Below, in pieces: positions 37,373-49,741 of a stretch of 64,000 nucleotides of DNA. This DNA is from Oikopleura dioica (taxonomy: Eukaryota; Animalia; Chordata), in assembly GCA_907165135.1 (NCBI GenBank), contig OU015567.1, positions 9,114,001-9,178,000 on the forward strand, in the 5' to 3' direction. The notes below the pieces were generated by a model. The model was not told the origin of the DNA, ran no database searches, and saw only the letters and a list, made by a program, of their open reading frames with translations. A program made the position numbers and the translations under genes. How positions within the stretch are numbered: the first letter of the stretch is position 1; every line of letters begins with the position of its first letter.

Positions 37373-37736
37373 TTAAGTTTTCAGGAGCTAACGTACCCCC
37401 TAGCTCGCTCACATTTTGTGAGCATTTTTCCCTTGCTCGCTTAGTTAAATTTTATCAAAGTCCCCTTGCTCGCTCTCATTCTTGTTTCAGCGCGCTCCAT
37501 TAGTCGCCATCCTTCTTTTACCTCGCGCGCCCTTGTTCGCTCCTCCTCACCCATTTATCCCTTGTTCGCCGCGAGACCGCCAAAGCCTAGCTCGGCTTGG
37601 GTCGCTCTTACAGCTCTTACTGAACTTTCGACTCAAGCTTTTCATAGGGAACTAAATTTTCATTTTCATGAATATTTTGACAGTAACTAAACTTCATTTC
37701 CTCTTTTAAGCGTCCAGTTAAATTTTTGTATCTTAA

Positions 37737-38389
37737 GGGGAGGTCGACGAGAATCGGGATTTCTGTAACCAAAAATGCGAAAAAACCTGCTTAGATAGGC
37801 GAATTTTGACTTTTCACGCGGAAAGAAAAGGGTTTCAAAAATACAGCGGCGAAAACTAGAAAAAAAATTTTCTCGAAAAAATCTTGAAAAAATTAGGGCA
37901 AAGTGGGGGTGTCTCGTAACCAAAAATCTCGAAAACGGGATTATTTTTTCTCCATCAAATACTGTAAATAGTAAGTTCAAACCCTTAAAAATACAGCGGC
38001 GACAATAAAAAAGGGATGCTTCTCTTGAAAATTTTTTACTGTTGATTAAAAATATCCGATTTTCCTTAAAATCGTCATTTTTGCTCATTTTTTACAGCGA
38101 ATTTTACAAAACTCGCGGAGACTCGTAATTTTTTACTGATAATGATAGAAAAACCATTAAAAACAATATCTAGCAAAAAAAATTCGGATAAAGACTGTTT
38201 TTGTGTGAGAAAGCCAACTTTAAAATTTCGTGAAATCTCGAATTCCAGACACAAAATCGAAAATTTTGTTAAAAAAAGTTTATCAATGCGCAAAATGCTG
38301 GAGACCAAAAATGCTCCTTTTCTATTAAGGAATCCAAAAATATTGTCAAAATTTTGAAAAAGCGAAAAAATTTCTCGTCGACCCCCTCG
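37737..38389. mobile_element. Nested TTAA-flanked MITE
   Basis: TTAA-GGGGAGGTCGACGAGAA ... TTCTCGTCGACCCCCTCG-TTAA, with internal direct repeats AAAATACAGCGGCGA. Confidence 0.7.
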
Positions 38390-38485
38390 TTAAAGCAACG
38401 CGGTATTATGCCGTAAACTTGATAGTTTGACTTTATATGTACATTTATACTCAAAATAGTCGAATCTTCATGTTGACACTGGTTC

Positions 38486-38922
38486 CAGAGTTGCAAATTT
38501 GCTGAGCTGAGTGAGCTGAGCAGTCGCTCAGCTCAGTGATTTTGGAAAATGATCTGATCTGCTCAGCTCAGCTCAGACAATTTTCACTCAGCTCAGCTCA
38601 GCTCAGCTCCATTATTTTCGAACATGATCTGTTCTGCTCAGCTCAGCTCAGCTCAGCTCAGACGATTATCACTTAGCTAAGCTCAGCTCAGCTCAATGAT
38701 TTGAATACAATTTTACTACCGAAAAACAGTAAAAACAGCTCAGCTCAGCTCTAATTAGGGTCCGCTCAGCTCAGCTCAGCTCAACTCTCTTAAACAAAAG
38801 GTCTGCTCAGCTCAGCTCAGAAACCTCCGAAGTAGGCCAGCTCAGCTCAGCTCAGCTCAGAGAAATTTTTTCGCAGGTCAGCTCAGCTCAGCTCGGAAAA
38901 ATTAATCAAAATTTGCAACTCT
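38486..38922. mobile_element. Nested hAT-like MITE with (GCTCA)n arrays
   Basis: TIR CAGAGTTGCAAATTT / AAATTTGCAACTCT with many GCTCA pentamers. The terminal G and the TSD are not preserved on the right. Confidence 0.75.
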
Positions 38923-39675
38923 CGAGGAAAATGGCATTTTATTTTTTTATAAAAACAGTCTCAAAGTTTCAATCCATGTATTTCGAGTACTTTTGTTTAC
39001 TTAAAATGGAGTGTCCAAATTTCTTCTTATTAAGAAGATATGAAAATTTGACAAAATGGACGTGAAAGAGCATAAAAAAATAAGTTTGCTTGGAAAAAAT
39101 CATGAAAATCGAATTTTGAGACCATTCTACGAGTTAAAAAGCCTTTTAAAAGTGAAAAAGAAAGTGAGCAACGCGTTATAAAGCGTTCTCGCGGGGCTTC
39201 AGGAGCGAACAAGGGATAAATGACGGAGAAAGGCGGGCGAGCAAAGGTGCGCCGTCGAAACCAAGGAGGGCGAACAAGGGGTCGTAGAATGCAAAAGAAG
39301 GAAAGCGACCAACGGATCTTGGTAACAAAAAGCGAGCGACCAAGGGGGTCTTGTTGGAGTTTAACTAAGCGAAAAAGGGAAAAATGTTCACAAAATGTGA
39401 GCGAGCTAGGGGGGGGGGTACGTTACTTTACTGTAACCTCTCTTGAATAATTTTCCTTTATTCTCGATCCCGGACATGCACTCTTACATCGCAAAAATAC
39501 CTAGCTGGCAGAAAAAGCTCTTTTTTTCTTGTTCAAACAGGGAAACAAAGATGTTATAAAACTTGTGAAATCAGAAAGAAAAACTGTTTTATTGAAGGAA
39601 TTTATTGAAATGAAAAGTAGTCAGATACTTGAGCTGTTACTTTTCAAGACAAACAAGATGTGAATAAACTGCGAG

Positions 39676-40411
39676 TTATTGAGCATTCTCCAAGACTGTA
39701 GCAAGAACTGATGAATCAGAGCTGACTTCGAGTGAATTATCTTCGACTGGAGGAGATTCAACGTTTTCCTCGTTGCTTTCCTCGTTGCCCGTTCCAAAGA
39801 TGTTTTTGAAGAGGTCCTTTACTTGAAAACCATATCTATCAAATGTTGAAAATTAGCAAGAAGAAGAATAGTTCAAACCTTGATGCATACCAAGGTCGCT
39901 CGTTTCTATCGTTGTCGTAGTTTCTGTCCGAAATACTGGCCGATTGAAAGTCGGTTGAATCCGCATCAAATCTTCCCCCAGCTCGGCCAGTTTGCCGCTG
40001 CCCGTTTCTGAAAGCAGCGCAAGAATGTCTCGGACGAGCGGGGTTGTAAGGAATCCAGGTGCACACTTGCTCGCCGAATTCGACTACTTCGACGCCGCAG
40101 TTGGTTCCGCGCTTTCGAAGGCGAATGTTTTCCTGACGATCGCCTTCGGAGCAGCAGCTGCTCCATTCGCTCCATTGGTGCATTCCCTTAATTTTTTAAA
40201 GGAGAAGCAAGCATCGCAGCCTTACCTTTTCGCAACTTTCGCTTTCCTGCGCTTCATCTGCTCCGAATCCACACTGTCTCTTTCTAATTCTACTTCCAGT
40301 TCCACATTGCTTTCCTCCTTCGATTTCGCAATTAGACCAGTTAGACCAGCGACCACCAAAGCAAAAACTCTCTGCAGATCCCACAAAAAACGCTACTGCT
40401 CCTATTTTCAT
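39676..40411 (-). CDS. Secreted protein with two thrombospondin type-1 repeats and an acidic tail
   Basis: Signal MKIGAVAFFVGSAES, then WSNWSNC...CGTGSRIRKRQC and WSEWSSCC...IRLRKRG. Confidence 0.85.
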
Positions 40412-40770
40412 TTTATTTTTCAGCTAGAAAAAGACGAGAGCCTTGATTTCCAGCGCTTTTTATTGAGAAAAGGGTGGGAATTGCATTTCTCGTGAAAATA
40501 AACGAGCAATTTTAAACGTGGCCCGGTCACGTGGATGTCAAAAAAAACTGTGGAATCGAAGATAATCTTCAAAAATAATTAATAATGCTTTTGATCTTCA
40601 ATTGTAAGTTTCAAGTGAAATTGAAAATAATTTATTTTTAATGTTTCACTTTTAAAGATGAGAATTTGATCGCTTTGGTCTCAAGCCTTGAGAATCCAGT
40701 AAATAAATACAGTTACAAATATTTGTCTCTTCCCCCAAAAAATCAAGTTTTTAGCAAGTTCCAGTCAAAA

Positions 40771-42261
40771 ATGAGAAATATTGGTGTCCTGTTGGTTTCT
40801 GTTGCGTATTGTTCTTATTCTTGCTGGACTCCTGGAAAATTATACAGGTAAAATTTGAAGATGGGTAAAAAAAGTTGATTTGAAAATTGAGAGGATCTGT
40901 ATCGAGAACAAAAAGCGGTAGAACTTGTCAACGATGGGGCTCGGGCTCAACTCATCAAGAGAACCCGATCAAATTGCCTCCTAGTTGGGATAGAGCCGAG
41001 AACTACTGTCGAAATCACGATTACAAGCACATGAGGCCCTGGTGTTACACAACCGACCCGAACGTACGGCATGAAGAATGCCCGATTCGTCTTTGTCGGT
41101 CTTCGAAACCAGTAAATCGCCCTACACGAAGACCAACAACCCTCCAAGCGCGAACAACAAAACCGCCCAAAGAAATTTATTCGAACTCATTTTGCGAAGA
41201 CTGTAACAGCGGCTTATGCGGCTCAGTGAACGGTCCCAATGTTTTCGGGGAAAAAGAAAACGTTACCTGCCTAAACAGTTGCCACGAAGAGCACTTTTGC
41301 ACAGAACGAGTTTATTGACGGATAAAACGAATTCTTATGGCATCAAATCTGTTGCGACTTAAAATATTTTATCCCGATCGTAGAATGGGTCAATTTCTAA
41401 ATCTGATTTTTCATGGCCTTGGCAGGTTTATGTAAAGAAAAAAAGTTAACCACGAATTTCAATTTCATTTCAGCTTCCTCAAGCAGGATGTGGTGGAAGC
41501 TTGTTATCAGCGAATACGATTCTTACAGAAAAAGTTACAAAAATAGCTAAAGAAACTTTTTAGAAAGCAAAGTTTAACTTTTATAAGCTGCTCATTGCGT
41601 TATCAGCAGCCGTAACGGTCGCGATAAGAATCTTCGTGGAACCCTTGTTGTTGCTGGTGGAAAATCGCTGTCTTCAGAAAACCGTCAACTAAGAAGCATC
41701 GGAAGCATTTCCCTCATCCCGAGTACAATCTCCGTTCTCAACACAACGACATCGCCATTTTAAAAGTCTCAACTCCATTTTCAATCAACACATTCGTCCG
41801 CCCCGTCTGCTTGCCCTGTCACAGCAGACCTCTTCCAGACAAAGCGAAATGTATCGTCACTGGCTTCGGATTGACCGAACGGGGCAGAACCACTGAGGAC
41901 AAGATTTTCGCTTCAGTAGAGACGCATTCAAAAGAATTCTGCAGCTCTCGATTCGGATATGGCTTCAAAGATGGTAATGTTGAAAGCATAGAGGTCTTGT
42001 TAGTTTGCTAGGAATGATGTGCGCCGGAGGAAGAACAGCGGATACATGCAGGGGTGATTCTGGTGGACCCCTCGTTTGCAGCATAAACGGACATTATTAT
42101 ATCTTTGGGATTACCTCCTGGGGCCAGGAAAGGTTTGAATGAAATGGTTCATCGAGATTGAAAGCACATTCGACCTCAAAAAGAATCCCAACTGCCAAGG
42201 TGGACAAGGAGTCTATACAAGTGTTCCAAGCTATCTCGAATGGATACATCAAAATTTTTGA
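40771..42261 (+). CDS. Secreted kringle + trypsin-like serine protease (plasminogen-related)
   Basis: Kringle [17 protein letters not shown]...NYCRN...PWCYTTDP. Protease motifs [43 protein letters not shown]. Confidence 0.93.
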
Positions 42262-42950
42262 TCATAATTTATAAATAAAGTTTTATTGAAATTTATTCAT
42301 TCATTTATGCAAGCAAATAATAAAACAAGAAGAAGCGAGGTACTGAAAAAATTACAGTAAAGCAAAAAGCACTGTCCTCTGATTGAAATTTCAAGTACAA
42401 AATTGAAACTAGAGGATTAATAAATAAAATAATGAGTAAAATGACAAAACTTTAAGCTGATAGCAATACTAAAGTAGCGGTAAAAATAAAGGTTGAAATT
42501 TGAACTTCCAGAAACAGGCGAGATAGATATAGTTTTTGTTCGACAGAAAAGTAAAGTAAGGAGTAGTATTAAGGTCAATTCTTTATTGTTAAATTAAGGG
42601 GACTTCAATTCATCAGACTAAAAAAGGATTTATGAGCGGCACAAGAGGATTTTGAGAAGGAAAAAAATATTTTTTTTAAGTTGCGACTCATAAAGCTAGC
42701 ACAAAAAGAAACACAGGACAATCAAACATACTTGGACTGAAAAACAAAACTAGGCACTGTCTGGTAGACAGTCGTTGGGACAGAGGAGCTTGGAAGAATT
42801 TCGGAGAATGGCTTGATGAGTTAGGATTTGGGTGGTGCTCATATGAAAATGCATGTTTTTCTCGCATGTCGAGGTTGAGGTTTGCTAATTTTTAAAAGAC
42901 TACTGTAGCAAAAGACAAGCTGTATACTTGTTCAAGAAAGCAAGCTGAAG

Positions 42951-45938
42951 TCAACCTCTGGAAGGTCTGTTTTCCAGTACTTGTAGCTCGAGACAGATTG
43001 GTCCGGCACTTCTGGTTCTGAAAAATGTCAATTTTGCGGACGTTTTCGATTTCTTACGGTTTTTATCAGGAAAAAAGTGGTCGCAGTTGTCCCCAAGGTC
43101 CTTGTAGCAAGTAGAGTAGCCACTGATCGAGCTCTGTTGTTCCTTCAGATGGCCCAGCGGATTCACGATGTAAATTCGTCGATCAGTTATGCCGACGTTT
43201 CTGTAGGACTTGACGTCGGTTGGTCGATTCCCGAAACCGGCCCAAAATGGATTGACCGTCTCATCCTTGTCTGCAAAAACTTGCCTGATACCGTGAAGGC
43301 AGGAGATCTTGAATTCCTCGGGGCGACGGACGATCACTTCTTTGTGGAAAGCGTTGAATAAGGAGGTCGGGTTGAGCATCACCGGCCCGGAAGGTAGTGG
43401 AACGCCATCTTGGATTACCGACTTGAGGTAATTCTTCGTCATGTGAGCCTGGAAAACTTGATAAGAAAATGAAATTTCTAAAATATTATATTGTTTCATG
43501 TATTTCATATATAGTTGGATTTTAACCTGGCCAATAGCGCGCGAGCTGAGGTATAAAATCTTGTATCCATTATTATGAATTCGTTGGTAGAGATGAGTGA
43601 CGCCCTTTTGCGACCAATCCTTACCAATTGCCGGAAAGATGTTGCCCATCACATCCGACTTGGTGATCGTCCCGTCAATGTCGGAAATGACTATGCTATC
43701 CGTCGTATTCCATAAATAAATAGAAGCTGATATTTTCGTCGTGCCTTGCAGCATCGTCGTCAGCCAAAAATCAATAGTGTTTTCTCCGTATTTTAGGTTG
43801 AGCTTTTTGAGCTCGTCGGAGGAAAGAACAAGGGTCTTCTTCATAATTCTGTCGCCGTCTTGGAAAATTGGACAGAAGTCGGGGGAAGGGACGGAAAAGC
43901 TCCGCGATAGCTCGAGTCCGTTAGCAGCAGGAGGAACTTCTAGGGACTCGCTTGAGGCCGGTAGTTTTGGTTTACTGGGCATGCTGATAGGAGCTGGGTT
44001 GCGAGAGTAAGCCTCTGAAGTCGAAACAGAGCGGGGCCAGTAGCCAGCGAACCAGGAACGTTTTCTAAGACTCTCTTGTTGCAGCCCATTGACGGTGTCT
44101 TCGGAAAGGGGTCGCTGGTAAACCATCATTGAAAGAATAATTGCGCTACAGGCAGTCCAGTTGTAGTACTTCGTCCCCATCCGGACAACCAGTGATGGAT
44201 GCGTGATGAACTTCTTGGGCTCCCGAGAAAACTGCTCAAATGTGACTAGATTCTTTTTGAAGCTATCTGGACATGAAATTTCATTGTTTTCTAATAGACC
44301 GCCACAGAGAGAGAGCGAGAACTCCGCCTCAAAGTCGTCACAGTCAGTGCCAGAATCAATCGTCTCTAGAATTAAAAATCAGCAAAGGACGATTTCAAAA
44401 AGGTTTTTACCGGAGAATGGAGACAGGGGAGAGGTTGGTGAAAAAACTTCCGGGAGGTCACTGGTCCTCATTTTCGTCAATGCAAGTGGCGGTTCAGAAT
44501 CGAACCTCCTTCTCCTTGGAATTCGTTTAGGCACGGAAGAGAGGACTAAAGACGGAGGACGGCGATTTTGATTAAACCTATCTTCTTTCGGTACTTCTTG
44601 TGGTAGTTCTCCAAAAGGCCAGACCATTGTCGGGGTGTTGTTGTCTACTGGCGAGTCACTACTCATCGAGTGGCGACGACGTATCCGCCTATATAGACGA
44701 ATGAAGATAAATAATTGTCGCCTGCTTTTATATTACCTTGGACTGTCCATTTTCAGACTTTCCAGTCGCTGCAGCAGGTTATCTGGGTTAGCAAATCGAT
44801 CGCTCTCCTCAGAATCCCCTCGTTCATTAAGAGTAGGCTGATAATTTTCCATCCCCTGGCTAAATAAATAAAATAAGCAAAAATAAAAGAAATAGTCTTT
44901 CACGTTAGACACAACATGATAAATATATGATGAGTACACTTGAGCAAGCAAAGAGAGCAAAAGGAGCTTATTTTCAAGCTCCGAAGCTTCAAACGTCAAA
45001 GAGTTTTGAGGCTTGAAAATAGCTCTTTAGGAGAAATCTCGGGACAAGCGCGTGACGGGCTAATTTCATCCGCTTTTCCCGTCTTTTTGAATTATCTCAT
45101 GCAGTTTTTGAAAGGAAAAGCACTCCCTTACTCTCTCGAGATGGTAATTGACTCCCTAGGAGTCTGGAAATAATTACTAAGATGATGATTTGAGCTGATA
45201 AGCGGGCTACTAGTTTTGTATACCTGAAGATGCTATCCCGGGGTGTGTAAAATGGTGGATGGTCGGGAGGACCTTCCTCGATACTGTTTGAAAATAGTTA
45301 AAATACAGAATCAAATGGTGATAAAAATACGTACAATTCTGTCTCGTCGAATTCCATGTCGAGCATGTCTCCTTCGGAACCATAAACATTGTTGTTCTCA
45401 ACAACATTTGGACGCGGAGATTCAGGGCGAGAAGGGACAGGTGTTAGTTCCATGGGACTTCTAATCGGAGAAGTGATGTAAGCAGTTGGAAGAACTTCAT
45501 TCACGCCTCGCTCAGTCACTGAAAATCACAGTACAAACGGTGATAAAAGAAGAAATCGATTGAAACCCCCAGAGATTTTGAGAGTACAATTGGATACCGT
45601 GTTTATTTCGAAGAAAGGAATCCCTTGGGATTCATCCTGACTTCTGACAAAGAATTTACAATGATGATTGATGAATTCTTACCAAAGAAAGCTTCGCCTT
45701 GGTCACCGAGTTTCATGTGAATGTCATCTACGACTTCGCCATTGATGGAGATGTTGATAATTTTTTCCTTGGGACTGAGGACGCCCAATTTGCCAAAGCG
45801 AACATGGAACGGGCTCGTAGTAAGCTCGCCATTTGGATGTTGAGCGACAATTATATCTATAGCACCAGATAATGTAGCTGGGTTGAGGTTGTTGTAGGCA
45901 TCGCGGATATAACTGCCAAAGCTTTTTACATAATCCAT
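42951..45938 (-). CDS. LPIN: Lipin (phosphatidate phosphatase)
   Basis: [17 protein letters not shown]...[13 protein letters not shown]...[18 protein letters not shown] motif [29 protein letters not shown]. Confidence 0.97.
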
Positions 45939-46753
45939 TTCAATAAAGTCCTAAAAACAGTTCATTCTCTCCTCAAGCAATATTTCTTGAAAAAAATATA
46001 TCTTTTAAATATTTATTCTTTCTAGGAATAAGGGAATGGGAAAGAGAAACGCGCTTTGTTTGAAAAATAATGGGGCCATACGCGAATACCTGGCATATAA
46101 TCAAGTAAAGAGCGTAAAAAGTAAAGGATCAAAAACGATTTTTGTAGATTAGTCAAAAATTAACCCATTTCCTTCTCTAAAAATATTTTTTTAAAAATTT
46201 AGAGTACCCTAAGCAATGAAAAGCTTTGATGGAGAATAAAATTGAGCATTTTATGAAAAAATAGAAAATTTCATAAAAAAATTATTTTGAATGATTCTCT
46301 GTACTCACTTTTTAATTGTGATACATGTCTCTTTCTATTTCGCTATTTTCGAAGAAAAATTGCTATGAAGTTATTGAATTTTTCATTTCGCAACTGCGCA
46401 GGAGCGTTTCAGACAATCCTTGAGACATTCGTGGCGGTAAACACGCACTCATCGAATCTCATCATCGTAAAAAAGAGTGATTTTTTCTCATTCGATAAAT
46501 ATTTGTGAAAACCCCGAATTTGAAAAGAGGAGGGCTGTAGCTGACGTAGTTCTCTCTTAGTTGTAACAACTGAGTCACGTGAGCGGTCTATCACGAGTTT
46601 ATGGCCCGTTAAACGGCCACAAATCCCAGCAAAAGAAAGAGGAAAAGGCAAGGGAGTAATATCAACAAACTGAGATGATCAACAGACGGCAATTCCCAAA
46701 GGATCACAAAAGAAAAAAACATTTCCCCAAGTTCAAAAGCGGTTATTCCCTTG

Positions 46754-47682
46754 TGACCTTGGATAAATATTTAGCCAGTGATCGTCGCTTCTATGTCTGA
46801 CCAAATCGGACCATCTTTGGCCATAGTTGGACTTCGCCCAGTAATTTGCAACTGTTACTGTTAGTTTTACTATCGGGAATATTACCTATGATTTCTTATT
46901 CATCCTTTTTCAGACCACTCTTTATTGAAAGTAATAAATTACTCACCTACTCAGCAGCATTTGCGGACGATAGCAGCTCTATGCAATTTCCTCTATGATT
47001 TTCTTTTTCTCCTCACATGCGCCTCTGCATGCAAAGAGCGGTAGTGTAATTTACAGTCAGGTCAAGTTCTGTCTCTCTCTCCTTGGTTGAGAATTGTTTG
47101 TTGTCGCCGCGCTGGGGAGCGGCGTGAAAACGGCAAGGAGTTAGAGCTGGCCTCGCTAGCTCTGGCGCAAACTCGGGCAGGGCGATCAGGGGTAAGACTG
47201 GTCAGAGTTCAAGGTCACTTGGGGCTCCTACGCGCGCACCGTGGTTGGTGGCACCACTCGCTTTGCACCTTCCATTGGCCGCCGGCGGACAGTGCGACCT
47301 CCAGACAAGCCTCCCTCCAATCCCGTGACTGGCTAGTAGAACAAAGAAACGCCCAACTCAGCGAGAATCGTTGCATAACAAATTGGTAACATCCCAATTC
47401 GAACTACTGTAAATCCTCGCCGCCTGCTCGAGAAATTTACTCACCTCGCTGGATACAGTGATAATTCGCCACTAAGCTTGCGCACAAGATATTCTTGAAC
47501 AGCCTTGGGAAATCTTTGAACGTTCAAATTAGAGAATCGAGGTCAACAACACGTTTTGGTTTACGGGCGCGTCGTTAAACTTTTTAATTGTGATTTCACA
47601 CTGACAAGTACAATTTAAAATCCTTAATTTTTTTGGTCTGGAATTTGTATGATTCATACAGTATGAAAGAAAAACTTGACCT
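46754..47682. promoter_or_regulatory. Cluster of nuclear-receptor half sites upstream of the lipin coding region
   Basis: TGACCTTGG 46754, AGGTCA 47059, TGGTCAgAGTTCAAGGTCA 47199-47217, AGGTCA 47540, TGACCT 47677. Confidence 0.4.
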
Positions 47683-47976
47683 TTTCTACGGTAAAGTAAG
47701 GCGTTACATAATCAGCGCTAATCGAAGAACTTAGTTACCGTGCTTTTCAAATAAAAATTCAAGTAATTTTTATCATCGAAAGATACCACCGAGTCGGTTG
47801 GACCGACGGTAGATTACAACTTCCTGAGTTTTTATCATGAATCTAGATCGAACTGTTCAAGTTTTCAAATGATTGTGGCAGTGATTCGCAAGAATTATGC
47901 CATACTCTTTCTTTCTTGTCTATTTGAAGATGAATTATTTGAAAAAAATGGGTTGATTTAGTATCTTTATTTTTCA

Positions 47977-49630
47977 TCAAACGAGACAGTAGCTATCTGG
48001 TACCAAAATAGCATAAGGATGGTTGTAGTTCAGGAGAGTAGGGTGTTCTTCCATGAGTTTTTCTCCTTCAATCGAGGTCCAATCTTCACTGAGGGTGTAT
48101 TTTTCGAAGTGATGCTCCTGGCTGCCTCCAAGTATCAAGAGCTCGTTAGGAGCAAGACGAACTAGTCGCGCCTGTGCTCGCGTTTTATAAACACCACTTA
48201 AGTAGCTCGATTAGTTATTAGAATTTAACTCTACGTTTACTCAACAACAGTTCCAATAGTAGTCCACTGGTCATCAAAAAGCCTCCAAATCTTTCCAGCT
48301 TGTCTGAAATTTAAAAGAATAGAAAAGAATTAGTGAAAGATGCATCTTACCCAGAAGTGTAACCAGGGAACAGGATGATACCCAAATCTCTGTCCGAAAC
48401 ATGTGTGAACTGGTAAGTGTACCCATCTGGCCACACTAGTGATTCTTCAACAGACCAGCCATATAAATTCCTAAATGTTTCAGGTTTGCAAAGTCTAAGA
48501 AGTGATAATTCTTACGTAAAGCGTTCAACAACCGGGTGGTATGAACCAGTATCGGCATCTCTTCCAGAGATCAAGATAGGATTCCCCTCGTATGATGCAA
48601 TCTGACCTCCTTGATATTGATGGCCTCGGTTTGGTGATTGACTGTCCCAAAATTTACTTCCATCGTAAGTTTGGACCTTCTTCATACCATCGTAGATCAT
48701 GATGTATGCTTGTGGGTCATCTTCGGAAGGTAGATAGCCGACAGAACCTGTATTGCAGTTATGGTTGATCTCTTCTCCTTCCGCTTTAACAATATCGCAA
48801 CCGTCGAGAATGTGCGGCCCGTAGATTGTCGGTCCACCGTCATTAGAGTACCGTCCGCCAAAAAGGAAGTTCATTCCTTTGTAAAGAACAGAACAGCCCT
48901 CATAAAAGAAATACTCTCGATTATCTGGACCGTTGTCATACCAAGAAACAGTGATGTCTTCAGTGTAGTGGTCGAAATTTGCAAGAGCGGGCACGTGAGC
49001 TGGGTATGTTCGATCAAGGATCAGTACGGATGTCAGCTGCTGCGGAGGAATAGTAGGGTTGACCGAGGGACACTCGTAGTTTGGACATGGACATCCATTA
49101 GGGCAGCCAGATTCACATGGACAGTTTTCGAAGTTTTCAAGGAAGTCCGTGTTGCACTAAAATTGTTGAGCATATTTTTTTTATAAATTAAGATTAAAAC
49201 CTGAATGACACAAGTAGAACTCCCAGAGCAATCATTTAGGCACTGGATAAGGTCCAACTCAAGCTGATTGAGACACGTTTTGTAATCTGGGTTCTCTCCA
49301 GGTTCAAAACAAACGTTGCAGATGACTGCAGCGCAACCATCACAGCCCTCGAAGCAATCAGCATGACAAGGACACCCATCGACACAGTCGAATCCTTGAC
49401 GAATGCAGCTATTCTCACAAGAAACATCTCCGGGTGCGCAAAAAGCTAAGCAAGATCGGACGCGCTCTGAGCACTCCGCTGAGCATAACTCTCCAAGATC
49501 TAAGTCCGTGCAGTTTTCATTGAGTCTCACTGCAGGAAAAGAGAACAAATTTCGATCGGCAACTTCCGAGTAAAGTTCCATAGCGTCAGGAATGAAAACA
49601 ACGCTCAAAAAGAATTTGCGCCGGTTTCAT
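47977..49630 (-). CDS. Secreted Cys-rich repeat + kelch-like beta-propeller protein (larvacean-type family)
   Basis: CPCHADCFEGCDGC and CPCESGCPNGCPCPNYEC motifs, then propeller blades (GCSVLYKGMNFLFGG; LLILGG). The signal peptide needs a 1-nt correction in a T-run near 49607-49611. Confidence 0.75.
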
Positions 49631-49741
49631 TGAACCAACAGAAGGCTTATTCTCAGAAAAATTAGTAGCCTACCGGCGTGCTTCCGTGCCCTTTAGATAC
49701 TCTTTCGTCGATTCGATTTTTTATCAGAAAAGATCTTTTAT

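Larger units (their letters stand above)
37382..39433. mobile_element. Non-autonomous TIR element (Tc1/pogo- or MULE-like) hosting two nested insertions
   Basis: ~60-bp inverted ends TAACGTACCCCCTAGCTCGCTCACATTTTGTGA... (37389) and ...TCACAAAATGTGAGCGAGCTAGGGG..GTACGTTA (39425). Mirrored subterminal CCCTTG(C/T)TCGC repeats. Exact ends and TSD are uncertain. Confidence 0.8.

Noticed and set aside
38505-38895. (GCTCA)n blocks with unique spacers resembling a CRISPR array or satellite
   Set aside because: Eukaryotic context, irregular pentamer runs and bounding TIRs indicate transposon subterminal repeats.
47170-47230. AGGGCGATC similarity to the 7SK 5' stem and GGGGCTC similarity to RNase MRP CR-V
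   Set aside because: The partner motifs required for either RNA are absent.
49600-49630. Pseudogene call for the Cys-rich/kelch gene
   Set aside because: The only defect seen is a 1-nt shift in a homopolymer, plausibly a sequencing error; the rest is open.
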